A DNA stretch of 63,783 nucleotides, counting the filler, from Licmophora abbreviata (taxonomy: Eukaryota), in the NCBI GenBank assembly GCA_900291995.1. It is 11 parts of 11 records of this genome, joined end to end, with 100 filler letters (N's around TTAATTAATTAA, not from the genome) between each part and the next. Parts side by side here need not be neighbours in the genome. Positions count along the whole stretch, not along the records: positions 33,229 to 42,222 come from OLMU01002974.1; positions 42,323 to 50,035 come from OLMU01002975.1; positions 50,136 to 57,781 come from OLMU01002976.1; 8 more parts are not named here. One strand, 5' to 3'. Under the pieces are notes generated by a model. It saw only the letters and a list, made by a program, of their open reading frames with translations, did not search any database and was not told the origin of the DNA. The position numbers were made by a program, and so were the translations under genes. Shown here one piece after another: positions 41,554-53,091 of this stretch. Each line of letters begins with the position of its first letter. The stretch's first letter is position 1.

Positions 41554-44027
41554 TTAGCTCTCATCGTCGGATGACGATACCCCAAGGACCAGTGGGTCGT
41601 TAACTTTCTTCAGATAGCCATCGATAGACGTAACAAAGTCTGGAACCCAGTCGCCCCGATCTACATCCCAAACCTCACCCTTTCGAGGACGACCAAGAGG
41701 TCTCGGGTGAACGCCACTCTCGGGAAGCTTCGACATGTCCCCGCGGATCAACGTCTTTTCCATCGGCAGGCGACCTTTGGGTTTCCGGTGGGAGCCAACA
41801 TAGTCGCTGCCCCTGGGGTTCGAGCGGGGTAGTGTTCCAGCAGCAAATCTTATTGTCTCATCGCGATGCGCAGCCTTTGCCTGGGGGATAGTCGGAACAG
41901 TGGCACGGCTCCTAAAAGGCTCACCGACAAGCTTTCGCGGACTACCTGATGGCGCCGGCTGAAGGTCGTTCGCAAGAACCTTTGAGACGCCGATTGAAAC
42001 AGCGATCTGCTGGCCTCGCGCGGGGCCCGTCATGTCTTTCTTATCATTCGTCGACAGCTTCTCTGGGCCCCTAGGGTCGAATCGTCGAACCCTTCCGGAA
42101 AATAAGTCTTGGACTGGCGCTTGCTCCTGAGATATCACACGGCTTCCGGAACGCCCGACTTCTCCGGTCGACGGGTAGACAATCCAACCTGTGTACCGTC
42201 TTGATAGCATAGCTTGCAGACGNNNNNNNNNNNNNNNNNNNNNNNNNNNNNNNNNNNNNNNNNNNNTTAATTAATTAANNNNNNNNNNNNNNNNNNNNNN
42301 NNNNNNNNNNNNNNNNNNNNNNTCTCCTTGTCGGATAGGCCCTCGAAGGATCCGTCTGCGCGTGCCGCAAGAAACCGACCACTGCGTTGATGCACATGAC
42401 GAATGATAGACTTCACAACCTGCTTGCCTTCTCCGTGGCTGGCTAGCGCGTACTTTGAGCGACGCAATGCGACTAGTCGTCGAAGCCTCCGGTTCCCGGT
42501 GAGTTTCCATGGGCGTTCGTAACCAAACACCACGTCATTTTCATTGGAGAACGCTTCTGCAGGATTTCGTACTGAGTGATCCCCAAAAGATTCCTTATCT
42601 GCTGATGGGTCATTTGGCAAAGACTTTCCGAGGTATTTACCAGAGCACGGCACCGTGAACTCGATATGCCTTGCGGGTGGAACCATTTCGACCACATCTT
42701 GGGCTACCAGTTGTGGTTTCAACCAAGCAAGCCATTCGCTGCATCGTGCTGCTGCGGCAGCGACGAGCTCGTTAGACTGGAAGATATGTAGCGCGTTTGC
42801 TCGTTCTAGCTGTCGTCTCAGCTTTGACGGACACTTGTCACAGGCGACCCAGTGACGCACCGTTGCCACAAGAGCACGGCCCAATCTGTCAGGTTGTATC
42901 CACATCGAGTTGTCCACAACAATATACGGTGACGTGGTCTTGTGATTAGAGGATTTATCACAATTTCCATGACACAATCGACACTGGAACAAAAGCAGGT
43001 TTGTGGCATGAGCGTAGAGAACATCACCAAAAATGTGTCGGCGAGACGGCGGTGGATGTGCTCGGTGGATCATGACAACCTCGAAATTTTCCATTAGATG
43101 CAGCAAAGTCCGCGGCTCGAAGATCAACTTTTGAACGGGAATGCAAGTTAGGTTGGAAGCTATGACTGTGAAATCTGGTCCATTGGAAAGCCGACGACGG
43201 GCCTGTACCATCACACTCTCCAGGTCGTCGTATATTTCGTCGGCCACAGCCACTAGCGCAGGTGAATCTTCAACTGGAGCAACGAGACGCAATTGAATCG
43301 GGGATTGTTTCACAAGGGGGCGTGGTAAGAGTGATCCAGCAGGCTTCTCTGTAGGTATTATGGGCCCTGGCATTGGTTTTTGGAGTGAGGGCGCAGGCTG
43401 CGGCTGCGGTGGAACAGGAAGGTATTGTCTTTGATTGGTATAGTGTGCATTCGGTAGAGCCTCCAATGGCATTGCAGGTCCCCGGGGAGGGAACATGCCC
43501 CCGCCTGCAGTTAACGAATGGTTTGGTTTAGGCAATGGTTTCCGGTGTGTGGGGTTTGGAGGCTGCTCCTGTGGTAGACTAGGAGGGTATTGTCTTCGAT
43601 TGGGGTCGGATATATTCCGATCAGGCGGCACCGGCATTGCACTCACTCGGGGAGGAAGTTTCCCGGCGCCGCCTGTATTATCAGCGTGCGTCGAAAGCTG
43701 AGGACCAGGAGTGTTCATGGGGAACGGGGCATGTGCCGAGAATCGTGGGTTTCTGTGCAGGAGCGGCTTTCGTGACTGTTCAAGGGGTGTCGGCGTGGAC
43801 ACGCCCTGTGGCGCGGCGGGAAGAGGACCGTTCCATCTTTGGCCATTATACCCTGTCCACGGAGAACCATACCGATATCGATTTTCCCAGCCTGGATATG
43901 GAGCAAAGAAGGCAGGGGGATAATTTCTATGGGGAAGATCCGGATTCGGGCGAGGAGCGTGGACAAGAGGGCGGGGGTCCACGCCGTTGGGTGCTGGTGC
44001 GTCGGGAGGTCGGCTCCCCTTTTCCAT
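41554..44027 (-). CDS. Pro-rich protein with putative Cys/His module, DUF6824-like domain and AT-hook-like C-terminus (joined across gap)
   Basis: NENDVVFG…GNRRLRRLV…Y…KQVVKSII…GRFL. QCRLC…HWVAC. The post-gap ORF on the same strand ends RPLGRPRKGEVWD…GDW. Confidence 0.6.
42223..42322. other. Artificial scaffold spacer
   Basis: 44 N + TTAATTAATTAA + 44 N. Confidence 0.98.
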
Positions 44028-44469
44028 ATTTTCCCCCTTTCCCTCGACTCTTCGGAACTAAGCGACTTCAAATATTCATTTGACTACAAGAAGGAGCGTA
44101 GAAAGGGGAGACAGACAATCCATTCGCTAGCTAATGGAACAGCTTCAAGCTGCATCTCATCGCCATTTCGGTGGCGTCGTCACAAACTTTCGTCGCACTT
44201 TCAACTTTGGATTTTGCATCTCAATCCCATCCTGAGTCGAAGAAGTCGTTCAAGCATCCGATGGAGCGTCTGTCCGTTGGATTTTTGGCGCGCCGCGATG
44301 ATTTCAAGATTGGCCCGCAATGACCTCAATCTCTCACCGCTTAAGACTCCCAAAAACAAAGAACCAGATTGGCGATTGAAGGTCTACCTGTCACCAGAAT
44401 TGAAATTCGATTGCCAAATTAGGTGTCAAGGAGCTGATTCGATACGTTGAAAAGAGAGAACGAGCGAAA

Positions 44470-47400
44470 ATGGAGCTCATCTCGTCGAGCTATTCATTAT
44501 GGGTGTGCGTAGTCGTGCTCCCTTTGCTGCTGCACGCGAACCCTCACTCGATTCCGTACGTGCCCTACCGCACGAACCCCTTCGAGCAACACACACTTCT
44601 TCATCACAATTTGACGCTAGATAGTGGTAGTGTCAAGAGCGAGATACACTACTACAGTCAAAAGGAGTCGCAGAGTAAGCAGTGCCCATTGCAGTTCAGT
44701 TTGGGCTTGTCCCGCCGCTCTCACATGCAACACACGGGAGCACTCGCCATTGTCAGTTCTCCCATCATTTATCCCATCCATCCCTCCCGCGGTCCTGGTC
44801 GTCAAGTTTTACATACCACGCAGTATGAACACTTGGATCTTCTGTCGCCTTCCCGCATTCCTCTCGACTCTGTCGTTCAAGAAGGGCTCGTGCAGCAAGA
44901 GGACTTTCCACTCCTCTTTGAATCTTCGTCCTTTCTCGCGTCTCCCATTGTGCACGATGTCAATGCTGATGGTATTCCCGATGCGATTCTTGCGGACTAT
45001 GACGGCGGTCTGTATTTTGTCGGCCTAAGCGTCAAAGAAGGATCGAAACGATTTCTCCAACGCGCTCAAGTCCCGCGCTTGTACTTGCGGCGTGATTGGT
45101 TGCTTACTCGCTTGAATGAAACGATTCATGGGCCTCGAGAGGTCGTCGATCATGAAAACGACATCTATGACCCGTACCACTCGCACTTTGAGTACGGTTA
45201 TAACAAGCATGTCGAAGATTCCGTTCTTCAGGGAGTGCCAGCCGATGTTCTTCGACACGATAGTCAGGATCTGAGCGGGCTGGACAAGCGACGCAGTCGA
45301 CTTGCGAAACGACGTAGAAACGTCGCATCGAGCTGGCAAGAGCGTATGAAAGAAAACGAATTGAACGGCGAAGAGGAAGATGATGAAGAGCGACGCCGCT
45401 TGACTGAAACAGTTGACATGGATGGCGACGTGGAAGCCGAGGCCAATAATCAAGAGGGTGGTCCAGTCGACGCGAACGATCGGGTCAACGATTTCAACGA
45501 GGACGGCGGTCCACAAGAGGATAGCGGAAAAGAAATCAAGGACAAGCTTAGTGCCTTGCGAGACCCTAATGGTGATGGCTTGAACGGTGATGAGAGTGCC
45601 GCTCAAGATTCGGCTCGAGAAGCACTCCAACAGGCGGGAGATTCTGCTGAAAACGTCGATGCGAGCGTCGAAGAAGAAATGCGGGAAGATGACTGGGACG
45701 GCGTTCGCGGAGGCGAAGAGAGGATCCCCACAGACGACGATTATCACTGGGACGAGAGCATGCACGATGAGTACTACGGCGCCGACGATTACTACTACGG
45801 CCAGTACAGGCGGAATGAAGTGCATGACAAGTACTACGACGACGCAAACTATATTCGCATACCGCCGCATTTGTTGTGTGCTCCAGTGTTGATGGAACTT
45901 CCGAAACTTTATTCACCTCACGACCACGAAACCGAAGATATGTTATTTGTCGCTGTCTCATATTACATGGATGAAGATGAATACGAAGGCTTCTCCTCGT
46001 ACAAGCGATTTGAGAATGTTGACTTGGGCGACGAGACTGAGGTACAACGCGGCCTCTATGTTTCGAGCGCCCTGATGATATACCATCTAGGAAAGTCTTC
46101 TCGCTGGGGGAGACAGGAGCATTTAGATTTGAGTGCAGACCCATCGGCACCACAGAACAGGACGCTACTGGGTTCGTATCCGATAGTTACACACGAGGAG
46201 ACAATGGGGGCCTTTGCCCTCAGTACTCCGACGGTTGCCGACATCGATGGTGACAACAACTTTGAGGTTTTTATTGGAACGAGCATGGGCATTGTCTACT
46301 GCTTCGACGCGAGGCATATGTACAAGAAAGATGGATGGCCTATCCAGATGAAAGGAGCGGTCGAATCCAGAGTTCTTGTTGAGGATGTAATCGGCGATAC
46401 GAATCTTGAAGTATTTGTTGCAGATGTTCGAGGCAATGTTGTATGTTTCAGCAAGGAAGGAAACATTTTGTGGCACAGAGATTTGCTGGGAGGCGCGCTC
46501 AAGAATGGGAGCGTTGTTGCATCGACGCCCATGTCACTTGGGGATGTGAACGGAGATGGAGTATTGGACATTGTTCTCGCCCTGCAAGTCAGAGTCGAGC
46601 AGGAGAGTACCATTGTCTTCGCTTTGGATGCCACTAGTGGAACAGACTTATCCCACTTTCCTATCTCTCTGGGGGAACTGGATGACGACGATACTTCCGA
46701 CTCATCATTGGACGACGACGTTCACACTATGCTGCCTCAACCCTTGCTCGTCGACCTTCATAGCGACCAGTCCCAATGGGATTCCTATTTGATACGCAAC
46801 GGAACCAAATCAAGTTATCGGCCGATCCCGAAACCCCGTCCTCCCCACGGGGGCAACGCAGCTGGACTACACATTGTGCAGCCCGTCAAGTCTCATCTCA
46901 TGATCATTGAAGCGGGCTCTGGTTGTGTACAGAAGATTGATGTTGGGGACGAGATCACGGCAATGGTGCAAGCGGACGATGTTCATGGCTCGAATCGCCT
47001 AGACCTTGTTGTATCGACTACCGCGGGCAATATCGTGACATTCGAGTCCCCAGCAGTACCGTATCATCCGCTGAATGTCTGGAACAATGGAAACAGTCGT
47101 GGACGAATGAACAGCTTCGCACAAGGATTCAGTGCATCGCAAGGTATTTTTGTCCACGACGTAAGTCGTCAGTATCGGGACATCTTCGGTGTTTATGTCC
47201 CTGTTACCTTTGAGATTTTCGACAACCGACCCAACATTCGGAATGAGCCCGAGAAGCGCGTTTACAAAGTGGAAATCCGCGACGGGACATCAAGCGAGCG
47301 AGCTTTATTTCGCGGCAGCTACAACACCACGGGAATTTTCACCGAGCGTATGTATGTAGCGTACGGCCCAGGATATTACACGCTTTCGATTCTGATGCGA

Positions 47401-47616
47401 ACATCCCATGGCTTGGTGTACGAAGACACCTTCCACGTTGGCTATAATGTGCATTACATGGATGGTTTTGGACTACTGTTATGGCTGCCACTACTCATCG
47501 CCGCCGTTCCGATCATTCTATGTGGTAAGAAAAAACGCAGCTGGGATGATGAAGATGCAGATTCAGATGAACGAGGAGGGCACGGCTTGGGAATTCTCGG
47601 CCGTGCTGTTATATAG
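44470..47616 (+). CDS. DEX1: DEX1-like FG-GAP beta-propeller type-I membrane protein
   Basis: Signal peptide. DVNADG, DIDGD and DVNGDG Ca-binding loops. PHLLCAPV, VAVSYY.D, HLDLS, PTVADIDGD…IGTSMG. C-terminal TM. Confidence 0.85.
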   Translation: MELISSSYSLWVCVVVLPLLLHANPHSIPYVPYRTNPFEQHTLLHHNLTLDSGSVKSEIHYYSQKESQSKQCPLQFSLGLSRRSHMQHTGALAIVSSPIIYPIHPSRGPGRQVLHTTQYEHLDLLSPSRIPLDSVVQEGLVQQEDFPLLFESSSFLASPIVHDVNADGIPDAILADYDGGLYFVGLSVKEGSKRFLQRAQVPRLYLRRDWLLTRLNETIHGPREVVDHENDIYDPYHSHFEYGYNKHVEDSVLQGVPADVLRHDSQDLSGLDKRRSRLAKRRRNVASSWQERMKENELNGEEEDDEERRRLTETVDMDGDVEAEANNQEGGPVDANDRVNDFNEDGGPQEDSGKEIKDKLSALRDPNGDGLNGDESAAQDSAREALQQAGDSAENVDASVEEEMREDDWDGVRGGEERIPTDDDYHWDESMHDEYYGADDYYYGQYRRNEVHDKYYDDANYIRIPPHLLCAPVLMELPKLYSPHDHETEDMLFVAVSYYMDEDEYEGFSSYKRFENVDLGDETEVQRGLYVSSALMIYHLGKSSRWGRQEHLDLSADPSAPQNRTLLGSYPIVTHEETMGAFALSTPTVADIDGDNNFEVFIGTSMGIVYCFDARHMYKKDGWPIQMKGAVESRVLVEDVIGDTNLEVFVADVRGNVVCFSKEGNILWHRDLLGGALKNGSVVASTPMSLGDVNGDGVLDIVLALQVRVEQESTIVFALDATSGTDLSHFPISLGELDDDDTSDSSLDDDVHTMLPQPLLVDLHSDQSQWDSYLIRNGTKSSYRPIPKPRPPHGGNAAGLHIVQPVKSHLMIIEAGSGCVQKIDVGDEITAMVQADDVHGSNRLDLVVSTTAGNIVTFESPAVPYHPLNVWNNGNSRGRMNSFAQGFSASQGIFVHDVSRQYRDIFGVYVPVTFEIFDNRPNIRNEPEKRVYKVEIRDGTSSERALFRGSYNTTGIFTERMYVAYGPGYYTLSILMRTSHGLVYEDTFHVGYNVHYMDGFGLLLWLPLLIAAVPIILCGKKKRSWDDEDADSDERGGHGLGILGRAVI

Positions 47617-47703
47617 AGGCATCCATGCTGTAAGTAGAGGTATATACCCCCAATTGCACAACTCTGGTTGATCTCTATTTTGAAAACCCACACGTGCAAC
47701 AAT

Positions 47704-49154
47704 CTAGTGCCAAATAGATGATCGCCACGTATCGATCATGGTCGTAAATGCAGGCTTGTCAAGGGCGAACCCGACCACGTGACTTCCCTTGGCCACAACC
47801 GTCGTGACGTTAGCACCACACGCCTCCAGTTTTTGGGCGAGCTCCAGTCCTTCGTCGTGCAGCGGGTCTGCACGGTTCAAAGCGACAATATACTTTGCCG
47901 CGCATCCTGAATTGATATCGGATGGAATTCCAATGATCGGCTCCACAAGTTTCCGCCAGTCGTCAGCACTTCTCCACTTGCTCTTGTTCTCCCAAGCCCA
48001 ACGATTGTAGGAAGCGTCCAGCACCAAAGGCGCATCCATGTCAGGTATGGCATCCTTGTCCTGCTCAAGGGACAATTCGGCCCGCCAACACCAACGAAGG
48101 AAGTCAACAGGACAAAGAGTAGAGGATGTCGCATTGAGATGAAAACTGTTGGAGTCGCAGACGGGCGAGAGCATCGGGCACTGCATGAAGGCGCTGGAGA
48201 ACGAAAGATACGATTATGCATCGGTGAGTCATCTCGAACGTGCATACACGACGTCATCTTGTCTACAAATAATGACGTCAAAGTATACCTTTTGACTCTT
48301 CCAGGGTGGGCCTTGTGACAAGCAAAGGCACCGACAGCAGTAAGGTATGCACCTGCGGAAGTTCCTCCAAGATGAATGGTGCGAACGGGGTTGGACTCGA
48401 GGAAGAAGGCAGCGACGGACAAGACATCGATATGCGCTGCTGGGAAAGGATACTGAGGAGCAAGTCGGTATCCAATTGACACGACTATGAGCGCAGATTG
48501 ATCGCCGAGCAGAAGAGCGTCGACACTGCGAGGTGCTTGTCCGTCGTCGGCCTGGCCCAGCACAAGTCCACCGCCGTGGCACCATAGAAGAATGGGGATA
48601 TCAGTGGCGATTTTATCCCAGTCGACAGAGGAAAGATTAACGCAGCTCGAGTCATCGCTTCCAATGCGTTCGCTCCTTCCGTCTTTACAAAACAGAGACA
48701 CCGGTCCTCTCACCAACACGTCGACGGATTGATGCGCTCCGACCGCCACCTCCTCCACAGTCGCTGTGTGTAGCGAGTCATCGTTTTTCACAAGGCCCCA
48801 TTCAGAAAGAATCTTGTTTCGGCGAGACACCTTCGTACGGCATTCTGCCAAGCCATCAACTTTCATCGCCCATTTCTTACAGCCTTCCTTATCTTCACGC
48901 TTTTCCAGGGCACGATGCTTGTCGCGTAGCTTGTGAAGCGTTTGTTCTGCTCCTTCGTCGCCATCAGTGGCAGGATGGTCGGCCAGCGAAGCAACTGGAA
49001 GAAGATAGTAAAAGACAATACACAAGATGATATCTATCCATGTCTTTTCAGGGTGAAACAGACTGCTGTAGGGCTGAGGTGGGCCTGCGTCGGCAGTAGC
49101 TAGCTCCTCGACTGGGGCTACCGGCACCCGCCTCTTGCCATCGCTGCAGTTCAT
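47704..49154 (-). CDS. Hormone-sensitive-lipase-family alpha/beta hydrolase; 2 exons
   Basis: HGGG, YRLAPQYPFPAA, GTSAGA. Intron 48288-48194. DPLHDEG and GSHV complete the triad. Confidence 0.88.
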
Positions 49155-49799
49155 TGCACTTGCAGCAGCGGCTTCCTATTAATGTTTCGATTCGTCTCCC
49201 AGTATCGACGAGCATTATACTATGATACCAGTAGAGCAGCATTTACTGCTGCTCTACGATCTCACGGAGCATTCAACAGTTAGCATTCGCCCTTTGTTTC
49301 CGGAGGAAGACTATCACGATGACATACGTCAGAGACCCGGAGCTTTTTAGCGAGCCGGGAAGGAAGAAAGTTTATAATGCTAAGTGAAGAACGTCCTTAT
49401 CGACAGCCCAGTACAGATGACAGGTGGACATCGTCTTCGCATGCGCGATGGTGTCTTCCTTCTCCGCGATGCAGTCTGCGCGCGCCGAATGCTGTCGCAT
49501 GCCGCTCTTGTGTCGGAAGTTGAAAGAGCTTTTGAACATGTAAGCCTTTCAAATTCAGCGGCCTCTTTCGTCTCGTTGCTCTCTGCTGCGTTTCCTTTCC
49601 TCCCTGAGGCATCTGCTTGAGTCCCACCAATTCAAATTCAAACTTTGGGAGCGGGGTTCCAAAACAAGCCTCAAACGCAACCTCGTTTTCTCGATGAGTG
49701 ATCAAGCGCCATGAAGCTCACAAATTCAAGATTGAGCATATGCCATACCCTGAGTTTGCTGAAATACTTTTACTGTTGGCTACATTCACTGTTGCAACC

Positions 49800-51676
49800 A
49801 TGAGTTTCATCATTGATACGTTCAAGTATCTCGTTGGAGAGATCAAGAGCCGCGGTGCGAAGGTGAGCCCAAACAAGCGTGATGTCGTCGACTGTCGTGT
49901 TCCCGCCATTTTTGAATTTCTTTGGCGCCCTTCTCTCACGTCTCGCACTCTCTTGTCGTGTCTTCTTTCCTCATACCAGGCTTTTGGTTCGCCTACGATT
50001 ACTACCACCACTACTACGCCGTCTGGAATGGCGGANNNNNNNNNNNNNNNNNNNNNNNNNNNNNNNNNNNNNNNNNNNNTTAATTAATTAANNNNNNNNN
50101 NNNNNNNNNNNNNNNNNNNNNNNNNNNNNNNNNNNCGTCATCGACCGTGCTACCGAAAAAGCAAGTGCTGGAGCTCAGATCACGCCACTTTTGCAAGAAC
50201 GTAAGCGTTTCATATGCCAATTCAGGGCCTCTTATGATGGTCAAGGTACGTTGCTACTAGAGACACTTTCAACTTCTCGATTCGATGCTCGATTGATGGT
50301 TGTGGCTTGTTTTTTGGATGACTCACGTTTTGGCGTCATCCACACGCAGGGCCATGGTTCTAGGTTATACGATGAAACAGGGCGCGCCTTTCTCGACACA
50401 CGAAACAATGTAGCACACTGCGGACATGGGCACCCGCACGTTGTAGCGTCGGTGCAGCGGCAGGTTGCCACGCTCAATACCAACACTCGGTACTTGCACC
50501 CAAACGTTTCCGTACTGGCCGCGTCGCTTGGTCAATCTGCTGCCCGCTCCTACCCTGGACATCGTTTTCTTTGTCAACTCGGGAAGCGAGGCGAACGATT
50601 TGGCCTTGCGATTGGCACGTGCGTATACGGGATCAAAAAATACCATTGTCGTCGACGGCGCGTATCACGGCCATACGTTGAATACACTGGAAGTCAGTCC
50701 ATACAAGTACGAACAGAGTGCCGAGTTTCAACTGAGGTCTCCAGATACAATATCAAACAGTTCTATGAAGACACCAGGAAAGCATATTTGGAAAGTGCCG
50801 TGTCCGGATATCTATCGCGGCCAGTATCGAGACGAGTCGACAGCAGGCGAACAGTACTCGCAATACGTTCAACAGGGGTGTGACTTTTATGTGGAGCAAA
50901 TGGGAGAACGAGTGGGTGCGTTCCTTGTAGAGGGCGGCATGAGTGTGGCTGGCGTCATTTTGCCGCCACCGGGATATCTCAAACGGTGTGTCCAGGCGGT
51001 GCAAGCTGCCGGCGGCGTGTACATTGCTGATGAAGTGCAAACTGGGTTTGGTAGACTAGGCAAGTGCTTTTGGGCATTTGAGCACCAGCATGATGTTGAT
51101 CTCAGCGAGAAGGAGGGAGTGGTCGTCCCAGATATTGTTACTGTGGGAAAGCCATTCGGAAATGGAATGCCTCTTGCGGCCGTGGTAACGACGCGAAAGA
51201 TTGCGGAGGCGTTCGAGGCGATGGGAGTGGAGTACTTCAACACGTTCGGTGGAAACCCTGTGTGCGCGGCTGCTGGGCTAGCGGTGTTGGAAGTGATCGA
51301 ACACGAAAAGCTTCAGGAGCGAGCGCTGGAGGTCGGTGAGCACCTAATGGCTGGCTTTCGTGAGCTGCAAGGACGACTAGATATAATCGGAGACGTTCGG
51401 GGGTCAGGGCTGTTCATTGGAGTGGAACTGGTTCGCGATCGGGACAGTCTCGAGCCCGCGACTGAGGAGACTTCTTTTGTTTGCACATGTCTGAAAGAGA
51501 AATATTCCGTGTTGACAAGTATTGATGGTTTGAAAGAAAACGTGTTGGTGATCAAGCCTCCTATGGTGTTCAGCAAGGCCGATGCAGACCTATTCTTGAC
51601 CTCCTTCGAGCAGTCGGTCTGTGACGACTTGGCCGCACTCGAGAATATCCATACTATATGTAAAACACCGACGTAG
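49800..51676 (+). CDS. Class-III PLP aminotransferase-like ethanolamine-phosphate / phosphohydroxylysine phospho-lyase (ETNPPL/PHYKPL family); introns, gap, frameshift at ~50520
   Basis: [79 protein letters not shown]. Introns 49863-49979 and 50246-50349. The link of the first exons across the gap is inferred. Confidence 0.88.
50036..50135. other. Artificial scaffold spacer
   Basis: 44 N + TTAATTAATTAA + 44 N. Confidence 0.98.
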
Positions 51677-51980
51677 TTGTTCTATACTCGCATGCATCGG
51701 TGAACTGCACCGGAAGATCTATCTTCCATAACCTACCGTGATATACATTTGTAACGTCGTAGCAGATCAACATCACGCATTAGGGAAGAAGGTGATGATG
51801 AGGTGGATGAGTGACGCACGAAGACTGATTTTGACCCCTCCGACCGAGCGTAATCGACGCGGCGCCCCATGAAGAAAGCTACGGCAAGTCTCACAACAAA
51901 GCCTCTCGACCAATCGATCAAAGCAACTGTTTGATAGAGAAGCCGTTCGTTTCGCAGCTCTTTACTGTCCAGTAATCATC

Positions 51981-52994
51981 ATGCGTGTCATCCCTGCCGC
52001 TGCTCTAGTTCTCGCGTCGACGGTCTCTGCATTTTCCAGCCCTGCTTTCGTAAGTCAGCGCGCCCAGTTTACACACTCTCGATCGGTCCTCAAGATGGCT
52101 GAAGCTGCGCTCTCCCAGGATGAGCTCAAGAAGCTAGTTGGATACAAGGCTGTTGACGACTACGTCAAGAGCGGTATGGTTGTCGGACTCGGCACTGGCT
52201 CCACGGCCTATTTTGCTGTTGAGCGAGTCGGGGAGAAGCTCAAGTCTGGCGAGCTGAAGGATATCATTGCGATCCCAACGTCGGTGCGCACCAAAGAGCA
52301 GGCAGAATCCCTGGACATTCCACTTGTCACACTGGACACGCATTCTAAGCTCGATGTTGCTATTGATGGAGCTGATGAAGTTGACCCCGATCTCAACCTC
52401 ACCAAGGGAGGCGGCGGCGCCTTGCTTCGTGAGAAGATGGTTGAAATCGTCTCTGATAAGTTCATTGTCATCGGTACGTCATCCAATGATTGCAATCCTG
52501 ATGACATGATAGTAGAGCTTGGTCTTGAAGTGCAACGAAAGTGCCGCATCGCGTGTCTTCGCCCTAAAATTCTCCTATGCCCAACCTGATCCCGCCAAAC
52601 TCATACTCATATACTTCCTCTCGTGCACTCAGTGGATGAATCCAAACTATGCGACGGACTTGGGCCTGGATTTCCGATTCCTGTGGAGATTACGCCTTTC
52701 TGCCACGAGCACACGATGCGAACCGTGGCAAATCTTCCGTCATGTACCGGCTGCAGTCCTGTGCTCCGCATGGGATCGTCGTCGACCAATCAGCCGGATG
52801 GCGATGAGATTGCCGTGACTGACAATGGAAACTACATTGTAGATCTCCACTTCGATGAACCCATCAAGGATGCTCCCAAGATGGCGGAAGAGATCAAGAA
52901 TGTCTGCGGCGTTGTGGACCATGGCCTGTTCTGTGGTATGACGACCGCTGTCATTATTGCTGGAGAGGATGGAATCTCTGTTAAGGAACCGTAG
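51981..52994 (+). CDS. RPIA: Plastid ribose-5-phosphate isomerase A; 2 exons
   Basis: Signal VSA-F. GLGTGST, DGADEVD, KGGGGALLREK. Intron 52474-52632, then DESK…PVE…TDNGNYIVD…GVVDHGLF. Confidence 0.96.
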
Positions 52995-53091
52995 GTGTAG
53001 ATTCATCTTCAGGCACAGCTGTAGGCCTCGAATCGCTATCGTGCATCTAAACTAGATATATTGAGGCAACAGAAACTTGCAGATTAGGATT

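Noticed and set aside
45025..45870. Long antisense ORFs (also 7061-7876, 36130-36915, 56369-57046, 21018-21560)
   Set aside because: They are shadows of well-supported genes on the opposite strand and have no motifs of their own.
52474..52632. Box C/D snoRNA in the relatively long RPIA intron (cTGATGA … CTGA)
   Set aside because: Box C is imperfect, there is no terminal stem, and I cannot identify an rRNA-complementary guide.
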